Part shown: positions 8,870-17,871 of the stretch, piece by piece
How positions within the stretch are numbered: position 1 is the stretch's first letter
Layout: each line of letters opens with the position of its first letter
Source of the DNA: an uncultured Gammaproteobacteria bacterium
Lineage (GTDB): Bacteria > Pseudomonadota > Gammaproteobacteria > CAWCPV01
Assembly: GCA_963797555.1 (NCBI GenBank)
Contig: CAWCPV010000003.1
Span: forward strand, 64,001 to 128,000
Length of the DNA stretch: 64,000 bases
Direction of reading: 5' to 3'
Program-made: the position numbers and the translations under genes
The notes under the pieces: generated by a model
Told to the model about the DNA's origin: nothing
Seen by the model: only the letters and a program-made list of their open reading frames with translations
Database searches by the model: none

Positions 8870-10740
8870 GCCGAGCGCCGCGGGCGGTGCCAGGGACCGT
8901 TGAGGCTCGTGCACGAAGCGGCCGGCGCCCTCAGTCTCCGTGAGCGACACGGGGGTGCCCCGTCCGAGCTCATAGAGCCGCGGCTCGCCCAGCCAGTCAG
9001 TGATCGTGGCTTGGGAGAGTTTAGCCGCGCAGTCCTCGTCGCCTTTGGAGAGCCATTTGGCGAACCTGCCATTCCGCGATGCGCAAGCGTCGTACAGCGC
9101 GAGCTGCGTCGCAAGGAAACCGGCGGTCTGGTACATGTCGCGAAACGGCGGCACGTCGCCTTGCAGCTTCTGGTCGAGCGCGAGGTCGAAGCTCGAAGCG
9201 ACCAGGAGGTTGCGGGTCCAGTCGAAGGTGCGCGGGTGAAACAACCGCGCGTCGAGGTCGGTAGTGAAAAACAGGGTGTTGGGCAGCGTCGGCCGCAGCG
9301 CCTGCAGCACCAGCAGCTTGTCGTACACGTCGCTGCCGAACACGCCGATCGCGGCAACCCGGCGGCGATCGCGGACGGCTTCGTCCAAAATGCGCGTGGC
9401 GAGCCGGCGCAGGTAGTCGCGCTGGTCGCGGCCCTCGGGCCACTCGATCGATTTCGCCTGCGCATCCTTGCCGGACCCGTACGATCGCTCGGCGCCGTCG
9501 TCCTGCGTGGACTTCTTTCCGACCGTCACGCCGTCCAGCCCCCGAAGGTAGCTGTAACGGACGAAGTTGAGCTTGCATGGCTTGTCTCTCAATGCGGCCC
9601 GCTTGATTTTGGTCTCGAACGCCTTCGTGAGTTCTTCCGCGAGCGAGCGGGCGTACAGCGAATCCCATTCGCCGATTACCGCGACGGTGTCGTGGCAGAC
9701 GTTGACCCCGCGGTTAGCAAGCTCATCGCTCAACGTGTTGATCGCTCGATCGTCGGTGAGAACCGTGCGCACCATCGAAAGTTGCGCGGGCGGGATCACG
9801 TCGGCTGCGGTCGCGAAGGGCGAGAGGAATTGCGCCTGCGTGAGCTGGGTGTAGCCGCAGCCCAGCTTCGACTGCGTGTCGACGGGTGAGCGCTGCAGCT
9901 CCTCGCCCGCGCTTGCGAGCATGTCCGTGTTCGAGGGCCCGATGATGCGCAGGGGGTAGTGATCCCCGCGCTCCGGCGCAGTGCCGCCGCCGGAGCACTC
10001 GGGCAAAAAAGACGTTGGTAACGAGGCTGGCGAGCTTCGCAATCCAGCGGCCGCTCAGCACGGTCTCGTCGAGCCAGAGCACCACGACGTTGTCGGCGTC
10101 GGCGCTCCCGTCGCGCGCGGAGAAGCGCTCGAAGGGGACGCGCAATGCCTGCCGCTCCTCAGGAAAGCATGTGCATCGCCGGCGCTCGGACCTCGGTGCG
10201 GAAGTAGCCGATTTGCTCGGAGTTCGCCGGCAGATAGCCCGCCGCGTTCAGCCCGGCGATCACGGCGTAGCGGAGTCGACGGTGCCACTCGTTGGCACCG
10301 ACAAACGAATAACCCTGGACCATGACGCCGAGAAGCACCGTGCGCCTGTGCGCGGCGACCGCCAGGTCAGTTTCCGGATCGACGAAGTGGCTTGCGAGTC
10401 GTTCGCGGAAGTAGCATGCGCTGTGGCGGTCCGGCAGGGCGTTCTGGCTGGCCGCCGGATGCGCCTCGTTGCACTGCCCGGGATCGGGCGACTGCGTTAC
10501 GGGGGTCTTCGCGCCTTTACTCTTGTTCTCCTCGTAGCTGCGCACCACGGCAAACGGGTCTTCCCACAGACGGGCGTCGATGTCTTGATCCTTGGCGAGT
10601 TCGTAGCGAAAGCCCTCCGGCTCGGATGGCCGGAGCAACTGGAACAGCGCAGGCGTGAAAACCGTCGTCCCAACTAGGAGGGCGACAATCATCAAACCCG
10701 CGAGGGGTACGCTCCCTCCCCGGGGCGCGTCGGAGGCCAT
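8870..10740 (-). pseudogene. Frameshifted, 3'-truncated uncharacterised exported/membrane protein
   Basis: Three consecutive frames (10159-10740, ~10040-10145, 8684-10042) give a coherent protein: N-terminal TM, DARLWEDPF, EWDSLYAR, YLRGLDG, GSDVYDKLLVLQALR, FTTDLDAR, PFRDMYQT. Confidence 0.65.
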
Positions 10741-11121
10741 CAGGACACCCTCGATTCTACCGTACGCTCCGCCGCCCGCCTCGAACGGCGACCATTACGG
10801 AGGCGCGAGGCTGCGAAAAATTGTCGCGCCTGGTTCGGCGTCAAGCAATCACCCGATCGGCATAATAGACTTGAATTCGATCGCACCGGCACGTTTGTGC
10901 GAAGGTCGTGGAGACTTCCGCGGGTCTCGGGCTGCTGTGAGAACTGCCCGCGGACTGCGTTGGACAGCTATTTCTGACATTGTGGGCCTCCCTTCGTCAC
11001 GACGTGTAAACCCATAGCCTTGGACACGATAGTGGCTGTCTGCGCGGCGCGGCAACTCGGGGAAACCCGCTGAGTAACCAGGGAATCCCCTTAGGAAAAT
11101 TGCGGAGGGAACAGTCCACTC

Positions 11122-12030
11122 TCCCGGCCATTCACCGCGCTCTACTCGGGAGAGTCCGGCGATCACCTGCCCAGCCTGCTGCTCAACACCACGGTGGTTG
11201 GATCGGGCCGCCGGGCGGTGATCTCGAATACCGCACTAGCCAACCAAGGGAGACCGCCCCGGCTTTGCCGGGGCGGGCAGTAGGAGTTTGACATTTTAGG
11301 GAGTCCATCGAAAGCACACGAAACGGAGAACCGCGATGGACGAGTATGAGAACTCCAGAAAACGCTGGCGGTCGGCCCAGCCAAAGGGAATCGGGAAGAA
11401 TCGCTGCATCAGGTCGGGGAAGAGCAGGCCAGCCACCACGGGTGAGAGGAAGTCCTCTCAGAGGCCCCGTCGAATCACCCCCAGTGTTTCGCGGTCGCCC
11501 TTGGCGTCGAGCTGATCGCGCTTGAGGGCCGTGTAGACAGCGGCGCCCACGCTGCCGCCCGAGCCCCCGCTGATGGCGAACGGGTCCTGGCTGAAACCGT
11601 CGATGGACTCCAATGTGGCCAGGGTCGCGGCAGTCCAGTAGGCTGCACGGATGCCCCCGCCGACAGCGGCCGCCAGGATCACCGGCCGCTTGTCCGTTAC
11701 GAGCATTGGGGGAGGATTGAGTCTGCTCCAGCGGTCGAATCGCTTCGCCGCGCCAAGCCGCTCCAGTGCCGGGACCTCGGGTGCGGTGCGGACCCAGTGA
11801 TCGTCGTTGGTGAGTCCGAAGATCACGGCCAGGATCAGGACCAGTGCGGTGGCACCTGGCTGGCCCTTGGACAGCGGCCAGTAGGTGAGCACCAGGCTGC
11901 CGAAGAGCGCGATCCCGGCGAATGCCAGGACGACGATTGCAGGCGCGCCCAGTGCACCTGGCGCGCCCACCGGCCAGAGCAAGAATGCGGCGACCAGCAC
12001 CAGGGTCACGACGGACGAGATGTAGACAAG
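11122..12030 (-). pseudogene. Patatin-like membrane phospholipase fragment; distal piece inverted
   Basis: Minus strand: AVGGGIRAAYW, AISGGSGGSVG, then frameshifted EDFLSPVVAGLLFPDLMQRF..DRQRFLE. The expected continuation PFTALY..LPSLLLNTTVVGSGRRAVISN reads on the plus strand at ~11128-11230. Confidence 0.7.
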
Positions 12031-12056
12031 TCCTGACCCTGGTCGTTGACCACGCA

Positions 12057-12124
12057 GGGAGTTAAGGGGTCAGGGAGTTAAGGGGTCAGGAGTTAAGGGT
12101 CGAGTTAAGGGGTCAGACACCATT
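12057..12124 (+). repeat. Four tandem imperfect copies of GGAGTTAAGGGGTCA ending in GGGGTCAGACACCATT
   Basis: Units directly visible at 12057, 12073, 12089 and 12102. Confidence 0.9.
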
Positions 12125-12347
12125 GAAGTTACCAAAGGCACGGCTTGGCCTCCGGGTGCCGCGCATAGCATGTGTTGCTCGTCGCCGTTTTTCGGGGACC
12201 TCCCTTCGCTCCTCCGGGGACCTCCTCCGGGTGTGCAGGAGTATCCGATGTCGGATGATGTTACGGTGCTCGATCGAGCACAAGATATAGTTGTTGATGG
12301 AACACAGGACGCACTATACTGTGGTCACGTAAACTGACGACCAAGAG

Positions 12348-13361
12348 GTGCGCATCATGGCCAAGTGCGCGAAGCCCCACGGTGGGGGGGAACAGTTGGA
12401 TGAGGGGACGATAGCCGCGATCCTTATCTTTCCCCGGCCGTGGCCCCCCGCGCGCCCGTGGGAGTTGATTTCTAGGGTCGTACATGACACACGGGTCTCG
12501 TTGCGCGCTGATATAGCCGGCCGCATCGGGCTGCACGTGGGAAAAGACAGAACCCATACTTTCCAGCCCATTCGGGTAAATGGCTCCGGAAGAGCGGTAC
12601 TCATCGCCACGTGGTCGCCACACTCTGCATCGCTCCACATCAACCGGGCGGAACTCCAGCTTGCTGAGGTGGCCAACGGAGAGTTCTACGTACTCTCCGA
12701 CAACGACGCTCCCCCAGAACCCTATCCGATGTCATATGGACGGATTGATACGAATGTAGCCTCAACCGACAGCGAGTATCTGTTTCTTGCGACACTCGCT
12801 GACGTGCGTGATAGGCTTCAAGAAGGCGCTGCCTACAGCTTGATCAGGGCTGCCGGACTGCTCCGCCAGTTATTCCTCGATGATGCTCCTCTCGTTGACG
12901 AAGTAAACCGGAAGTACAGGACGTGCATGACGTTCACGACCATGGACTACAGGTCAGGCCCGCCCCGAGCGGGGGCGGAACATTTGGAGGCGTTCTGGCA
13001 GAACCTGGACCCTTCCTATTTTCCACGTGCCCCAACCGTCAAGGTCGACCGTAGGGAATTCCTGCGGGCCCCGGTACTCCATGCTGGACCCATCCACGCG
13101 ACAGTTCGCGATTTGATAAGAGCCTGTGCCAACGCCAAAGGGGGAGTCCACCTCGGGAAGGCCCGGACGTTGGAGGAGAAACTCTTGCTCGATTGGGACC
13201 ATGCTATGCGAGTTGGGGGCGAACAACCGAGTCTTGCAGCGATTGCAGGAGTATGTCGCGTTTGCCTTGAATCACTCCGGCCATTGGTAGAAGCCATTCA
13301 CTCCGGTTCGGCGAACGCCGAATTGACTGACGGGAACCGGAGGTCAGGTCTGGCAACATAA
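12348..13361 (+). CDS. Hypothetical protein (lower GC; start uncertain, possibly TTG ~12397)
   Basis: 337-codon ORF with globular composition. C-terminal half has AGLLRQLFLD ... VRDLIRACANAKGGVH. Confidence 0.65.
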   Translation: MRIMAKCAKPHGGGEQLDEGTIAAILIFPRPWPPARPWELISRVVHDTRVSLRADIAGRIGLHVGKDRTHTFQPIRVNGSGRAVLIATWSPHSASLHINRAELQLAEVANGEFYVLSDNDAPPEPYPMSYGRIDTNVASTDSEYLFLATLADVRDRLQEGAAYSLIRAAGLLRQLFLDDAPLVDEVNRKYRTCMTFTTMDYRSGPPRAGAEHLEAFWQNLDPSYFPRAPTVKVDRREFLRAPVLHAGPIHATVRDLIRACANAKGGVHLGKARTLEEKLLLDWDHAMRVGGEQPSLAAIAGVCRVCLESLRPLVEAIHSGSANAELTDGNRRSGLAT

Positions 13362-13379
13362 GCATGCCGGGAGCCGCCA

Positions 13380-15026
13380 TCAGGGCATGTCGGGGTAAGC
13401 GGGCAGGGTCGTCAGGCGGAAATCCTCCACGGGTCCGCCTACGGTGAAGTGGTAGAGGTCCTGGTAGGCGCGCCCCGACAGCCCCACGACGTCGTGGACC
13501 GGATCGTCGAAGAAGCAGCCGATGCCCGTTCCCCGCAAGCCCGCGGCCTCGGCTTCGAGGTACAGCACCTGGCCGATGGTGCCGGCCTCCCAGAACAGGC
13601 GCGGGTAAAACCAGGCTCCGGCCGCGCGCAGGGGCTCCTCGAAGCGGGCGAGCATCGCCACGGCGAAGCAGCCGTCGCTGGCGATCTCCTGGAAGCAGGA
13701 CACCTGCATGGCGAGTTCCCGGGCGTCACCTTGGGCCAACAGGTAAAGGCCGAGACCTTCGGGGCAGTCGTCGGGCACCCGCCAACGGAATTCCGGCCGC
13801 AGAAAGGAGCGAAGAGCGTCGAGGCGAGAGGGGTTGCGCACCTGCAGGTAGAGGCCCGCAGCCAAGCCGGTAATCCGATGCGCGAACACCAGCAGGTCCA
13901 CCTCGGCCGGCCAGGGGAGAGCCGAGAACGGGCGCTGTCCGTCCAAGGTGCGCGCCAGGATTCTGTAGAAGGTCCCTCTGTCCAGGGTGGAAACTCCGTC
14001 CATGGCAACGGCGCTGCGCCGTTTGCGCACGATCTCTCGCAGGGACAGGTCTCGCGGGGGCGGACCGGGCCGATTCGCCGGCCGTCGGTCCGGGTGTTCA
14101 GGACGGTGGGTGCGGGGCTTTCGGGTAGCCGCGGTCACCTCCTCCAGCAGGGGCCAATGGACGTGTGAGGGGCTCAGGACGTTGGGCGTCCCCTGCCACG
14201 GCAGGTCCTGGAACGCCCGCAGGACGCTCGGGTCGAGATCGGGAGCCGCGCTCGGGCTTCCGGGACAGATGGCGAGCACGCACTCGGGCACTTCGGGCTC
14301 CGCCCCGTGCGGGTCCAAGACGCCGAAAAGCCGCGCCAGATCTTCCGTTCGGGGACCTTCGACGAGCCTGGCATCCCATCCCAAGCCGGCCGCCGCGATG
14401 GCGATCGCCGCTATGGCATGGCCGACGTCGTGCTGGCAGTACCGGAACGCCCGCTCCCCGTATTTCCAGGCTTCGCGCCAGTGAATCGAGGCGAGTCCCA
14501 CCAGCAGGCATTGGCTCGGCAATGCCGCCGCCAGGCGCTGCCAGAGCGCTGGGTCGATCTCCGCCCGCAGCTCCAGGGCATGCTCCCGGGGAGCGTAATG
14601 GAACACTGCCGGAACGGAAGACAGACTCGGCACGGGACCGCACACGACGTAGGCTTCCGTGGGGTGGAGGTTCCCGCTGGAGGGATTCACCCGCAGCGCC
14701 CAGCTCACCTGCCCGGAGCGCTTCCAGGCGGAGAGGGCCATGCTGTCGAACAGGAGCGCCGAGACCGTCTGGAGGTCCAGGGGCCGGGGAGGCAGCGCGC
14801 CAGCGCAGAGCACTTCGTCGTAGCTCGGCCCACCTGTGGGCGAGGGCTTGGGGAGAGGCAGCGGCGGCGCGCCGCGGTAGCGGCGAAAGGGATCGGGCTG
14901 AGTGGCCCAGTCGAGGCGTCCCGGCCCCGGCGCGAAGCGCCCGAAGGCGTGTTTGCTGGATTCGTGGTAGCGCAGAACGCGCTCCACGGCAGAAGCCTCG
15001 CTTGTTCGCCCGTCTGGCTCGGTCAT
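13380..15026 (-). CDS. SagB/ThcOx-family (nitroreductase-fold) dehydrogenase, two-domain
   Basis: YHESSKH, LRVNPSSGNLHPTEAY, WKYGERAFRY, RRSAVAMD, GIGCFFDD. Confidence 0.9.
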   Translation of the reverse strand: MTEPDGRTSEASAVERVLRYHESSKHAFGRFAPGPGRLDWATQPDPFRRYRGAPPLPLPKPSPTGGPSYDEVLCAGALPPRPLDLQTVSALLFDSMALSAWKRSGQVSWALRVNPSSGNLHPTEAYVVCGPVPSLSSVPAVFHYAPREHALELRAEIDPALWQRLAAALPSQCLLVGLASIHWREAWKYGERAFRYCQHDVGHAIAAIAIAAAGLGWDARLVEGPRTEDLARLFGVLDPHGAEPEVPECVLAICPGSPSAAPDLDPSVLRAFQDLPWQGTPNVLSPSHVHWPLLEEVTAATRKPRTHRPEHPDRRPANRPGPPPRDLSLREIVRKRRSAVAMDGVSTLDRGTFYRILARTLDGQRPFSALPWPAEVDLLVFAHRITGLAAGLYLQVRNPSRLDALRSFLRPEFRWRVPDDCPEGLGLYLLAQGDARELAMQVSCFQEIASDGCFAVAMLARFEEPLRAAGAWFYPRLFWEAGTIGQVLYLEAEAAGLRGTGIGCFFDDPVHDVVGLSGRAYQDLYHFTVGGPVEDFRLTTLPAYPDMP

Positions 15027-15053
15027 CGGCGGCGGCCCACGGGCGGGCGGCAA

Positions 15054-15380
15054 CTACGCGCTGTCCGGCGAAGAGATCAGGGTGCCCGCGCAGGCGGCCA
15101 CGAAGGCGGTCTTTGCCGAGTGCTCCAGCGAGCAGAGCCACTTGTCGGCCAAGTTCAGGGTAGGCGCGCAGGCGTATGCACCGTGGCCGGCCACGACCGC
15201 GATCGGATAGCTCGCCAGCAGCTCTACGATGCGGGCCGGAGACTGGCGCACATAGTCGCGGTGCGCAATGGCGATGACCGGCACCTTCGGAAAATAGAGC
15301 TGGCCCTCGAAATCTGCGGGGATGAAGTCTCTGCCGTTCATCGTCAGGGCAACGGTGTAGGGCCCGTGGCCATGCAGCAC
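15054..15380 (-). pseudogene. Class II aldolase/adducin-family C-terminal fragment (5' part missing)
   Basis: HGHGPYTVAL and IAVVAGHGAYA..LEHSAK. The frame breaks at a GGGTCAGGTCT-containing junction at ~15390-15430. Confidence 0.7.
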
Positions 15381-15698
15381 CGCGCTCGCGCAGGTGGGGT
15401 CACACGCGCAGGTGGGTCAGGTCTCGCCTTGTAGCCTCTTGGCGAGGACGTAGGATGGTGCGGGACATTGGCTAGACCCTGGCTAGACCGTTTCCCATCG
15501 AATTCTCTGGTGCTCTTGATCATGTGACCTCTCTCGGTCAGCGGGCCAGAGCCCAGCTTCGAGGATAAATGAAGATCGCCAGAGGTTTCTAGGCACGCTG
15601 GCCGGGGGGAAGTGGGGCACACCCGGACCGTAACCAAAAAGAACTCCCCGCTGCCTTCCCTGTCTCGGCCGCGCCTCTGGACCCCGGAATGGGATCCA

Positions 15699-15810
15699 GC
15701 GCTCACGAGCCGGTGATCTTCCAGCAGTTGTGAATCCGCGGGTTGCGGGCGAAGGGAGTCCTGATCTTTTCCAATAACCGCCAGCGAAGGTACGGTCCAT
15801 CCCCTTGGAG
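15699..15810 (-). repeat. Diverged, deleted duplicate of the rlmKL 3' end
   Basis: Encodes FARNPRIHNCWKITGS* versus rlmKL FARNPRIHNCWKITRT* (17872-17922), and SKGMDRTF versus SKGMERTF (~18087-18111). Confidence 0.9.
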
Positions 15811-15935
15811 CTGACCCGGACGGCTCGCTGCACGCACTCGGCCGGGCGCCGCTACGCGGCAGCAAATTTTCCGGGCACGCTACCGAACGTGCCTCCCATT
15901 GACAAAAGACGTCCAAACGTTCAAGCTGCAGTCCG

Positions 15936-17108
15936 ATGGACGGGGACCTCGATCGCTATCCTCCCGGGCGCGTCCGCGACGCCATTCTCCAAGTGCTGTC
16001 ACAGTCACCGAAGCCCCTCTCTCTCAAGGAGATCGAAGAACGCGTGGCCGGGCTCATCGGGCCCGCGCCCAAGTCCTCGCTGAGGTCTTACCTGAGGCTC
16101 AACACCCCGGGTTTGTTCGTGCGCGAGAAGCGCGGGGTCTACCGCGCGCGGCACAGCGAGGGCGCTGGGCGGCAACGGGAGCTTCCAGAGGTCTCTCATT
16201 GGACCGAGCCGCTGTCCTTTGGCCGAGCTACTCTCTTTCACGCGGACTGCTTCGATTGGCTGGCGCGGCAGCAAGACAACTCCTTCCATGCGGTCGTGAC
16301 CGACCCGCCGTATGGGCTTCACGAATATACCGTGGAACAGCAGAGCAAACTGCGTAACGGACGAGGAGGCGTGTGGCGGATTCCGCCGTCCTTCGATGGA
16401 CATGTGCGCTCTCCTCTGCCCCGATTCACTACGCTGTCACAAGGGCAGCTCCAAGAGCTGCGGACATTCTTTACGACGTGGGCCCGGCTGCTGCTTCCGA
16501 AACTGGTTCCGGGGGCGCATGTCGTGGTCGCGTCCAACCCGCTCGTCTCGTACATCGTCTCCTGGGCGCTGGCGGAGTCCGGGCTCGAAAGACGGGGCGA
16601 GGTGATTCGGCTGACGATGACCATGCGGGGTGGGGATCGTCCCAAGTCAGCGCACGAAGAATTCCGAGAAGTCAGCGTCATGCCGCGTTCCATGTGGGAG
16701 CCTTGGATCGTTTACAGAAAGCCGCTAGAGGGTAGAGTGCAGGACAACCTGCGCAAATGGAAGACGGGCGGATTTCGTCGGCCGGATGAACATAGGCCCT
16801 TCGGCGATCTGATTGCATCTGCCCCGACCCGAAGCAACGAACGACGCCTGGCGCCCCACCCCAGCTTGAAACCGCAGGCGTTCCTCAGACAACTCGTACG
16901 AGCCGTCCTGCCTTTGGGGGAGGGGGTGATCCTGGACCCGTTCGCCGGCGCCGGCTCCACGCTTGCGGCGGCGGAGGCGTTGGGCTACACGAGCATCGGG
17001 GTGGAGAAGGATGAGCGCTACTTCGAGATGGCGCGCGAAGGAATACCGAAGCTGGCGCGCTACCTGCCGAACAACGGCCTCAAAGCCGGTATATCCAGTT
17101 CGACCTGA
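15936..17108 (+). CDS. N4/N6 DNA methyltransferase (beta-class order) with N-terminal winged-HTH-like extension
   Basis: VVTDPPYG, then HPSLKP, then ILDPFAGAGST and GVEKD. N-terminus VRDAILQVL..PLSLKEIEERV..SSLRSYLRLN..LFVREKRGVY. Confidence 0.9.
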   Translation: MDGDLDRYPPGRVRDAILQVLSQSPKPLSLKEIEERVAGLIGPAPKSSLRSYLRLNTPGLFVREKRGVYRARHSEGAGRQRELPEVSHWTEPLSFGRATLFHADCFDWLARQQDNSFHAVVTDPPYGLHEYTVEQQSKLRNGRGGVWRIPPSFDGHVRSPLPRFTTLSQGQLQELRTFFTTWARLLLPKLVPGAHVVVASNPLVSYIVSWALAESGLERRGEVIRLTMTMRGGDRPKSAHEEFREVSVMPRSMWEPWIVYRKPLEGRVQDNLRKWKTGGFRRPDEHRPFGDLIASAPTRSNERRLAPHPSLKPQAFLRQLVRAVLPLGEGVILDPFAGAGSTLAAAEALGYTSIGVEKDERYFEMAREGIPKLARYLPNNGLKAGISSST

Positions 17109-17682
17109 GTTTTTTGATGCCTTCTTTGTGGAGGGTTGCGGTGCGAGTCCCGAGTTCTCCGCGCGGGTTTTTTCGGAAGTCTTCGGTGGTGACCTTGCCG
17201 AGATAAATCTCCGTAAAGGTCATGGGTCGCCTGTCGCGGGCTGGTTCCGACTGCGAGTCCACGTCGTAGACGAAGACGCACATCCACTGATCCCGTGCGC
17301 CGTGAGTGTCTACGGCGCCTCCGGACTTGCGTGTGGTCTTGACCTCGATCCCGTCCGCCCCGGCTCTCACTGCATTGCCGGGGTAGACGCCCTGCACTAC
17401 CAGATCGGGGTGGCCGTTGAAATATCTGTTTTCGGTCAGGCTGCGGGAATGCTTGGCCAGGCTTGCAGTGAGCATGTCCGACAGGACGCCTGACATGATC
17501 GCAGGGCGCAGTTGGTCATCGAGACGCTGGAGTCCCTTGGCGCTCAGGTGCGAGTTGACGTCGTAGAAGAAGTCGTACACGTCTTGCATGGCGCTCTGGA
17601 AGTCCTGCAAGCGCAGCTCGTATGGAAGCTCGGCCTTCCAGTTGAATCTTTCGGGGTCGACGGCATTGCGAACCGTGGTCAT
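17080..17682 (-). CDS. Putative PD-(D/E)XK restriction endonuclease
   Basis: HPDLVV...GIEVKTT motif. GAGG RBS before ATG at 17682. Convergent with, and overlapping, the MTase. Confidence 0.7.
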   Translation of the reverse strand: MTTVRNAVDPERFNWKAELPYELRLQDFQSAMQDVYDFFYDVNSHLSAKGLQRLDDQLRPAIMSGVLSDMLTASLAKHSRSLTENRYFNGHPDLVVQGVYPGNAVRAGADGIEVKTTRKSGGAVDTHGARDQWMCVFVYDVDSQSEPARDRRPMTFTEIYLGKVTTEDFRKNPRGELGTRTATLHKEGIKKLRSNWIYRL

Positions 17683-17871
17683 CGCCTTGTTCCTCGACAC
17701 GCTCGTGGCCACGACTGCCCCACCGAGTGATCGCATCCGCTCCTCGAGGTCGACGCGCCGGTACTCTACACGATTGTCGCCGTCCGGCGAACCGTATTCT
17801 GGCGGATACCCTGGGTCGCTCGGGAGCCCAATCGCAGCTGAGGATGGCCGACGCGGGACGGCACCCGGCGC

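Noticed and set aside
10849-10980. Small minus-strand ORF (MSEIAVQR...) with a good RBS
   Set aside because: Only 43 codons, no recognisable motif, and it lies in a decayed region. Cannot be supported.
12057-12124. Possible CRISPR or iteron array
   Set aside because: Units are adjacent with no spacers, and no cas or rep gene is nearby.
13380-15026. Azole RiPP cluster suggested by the SagB-like gene
   Set aside because: No YcaO, precursor peptide or dedicated transporter adjacent. Stand-alone members are common.
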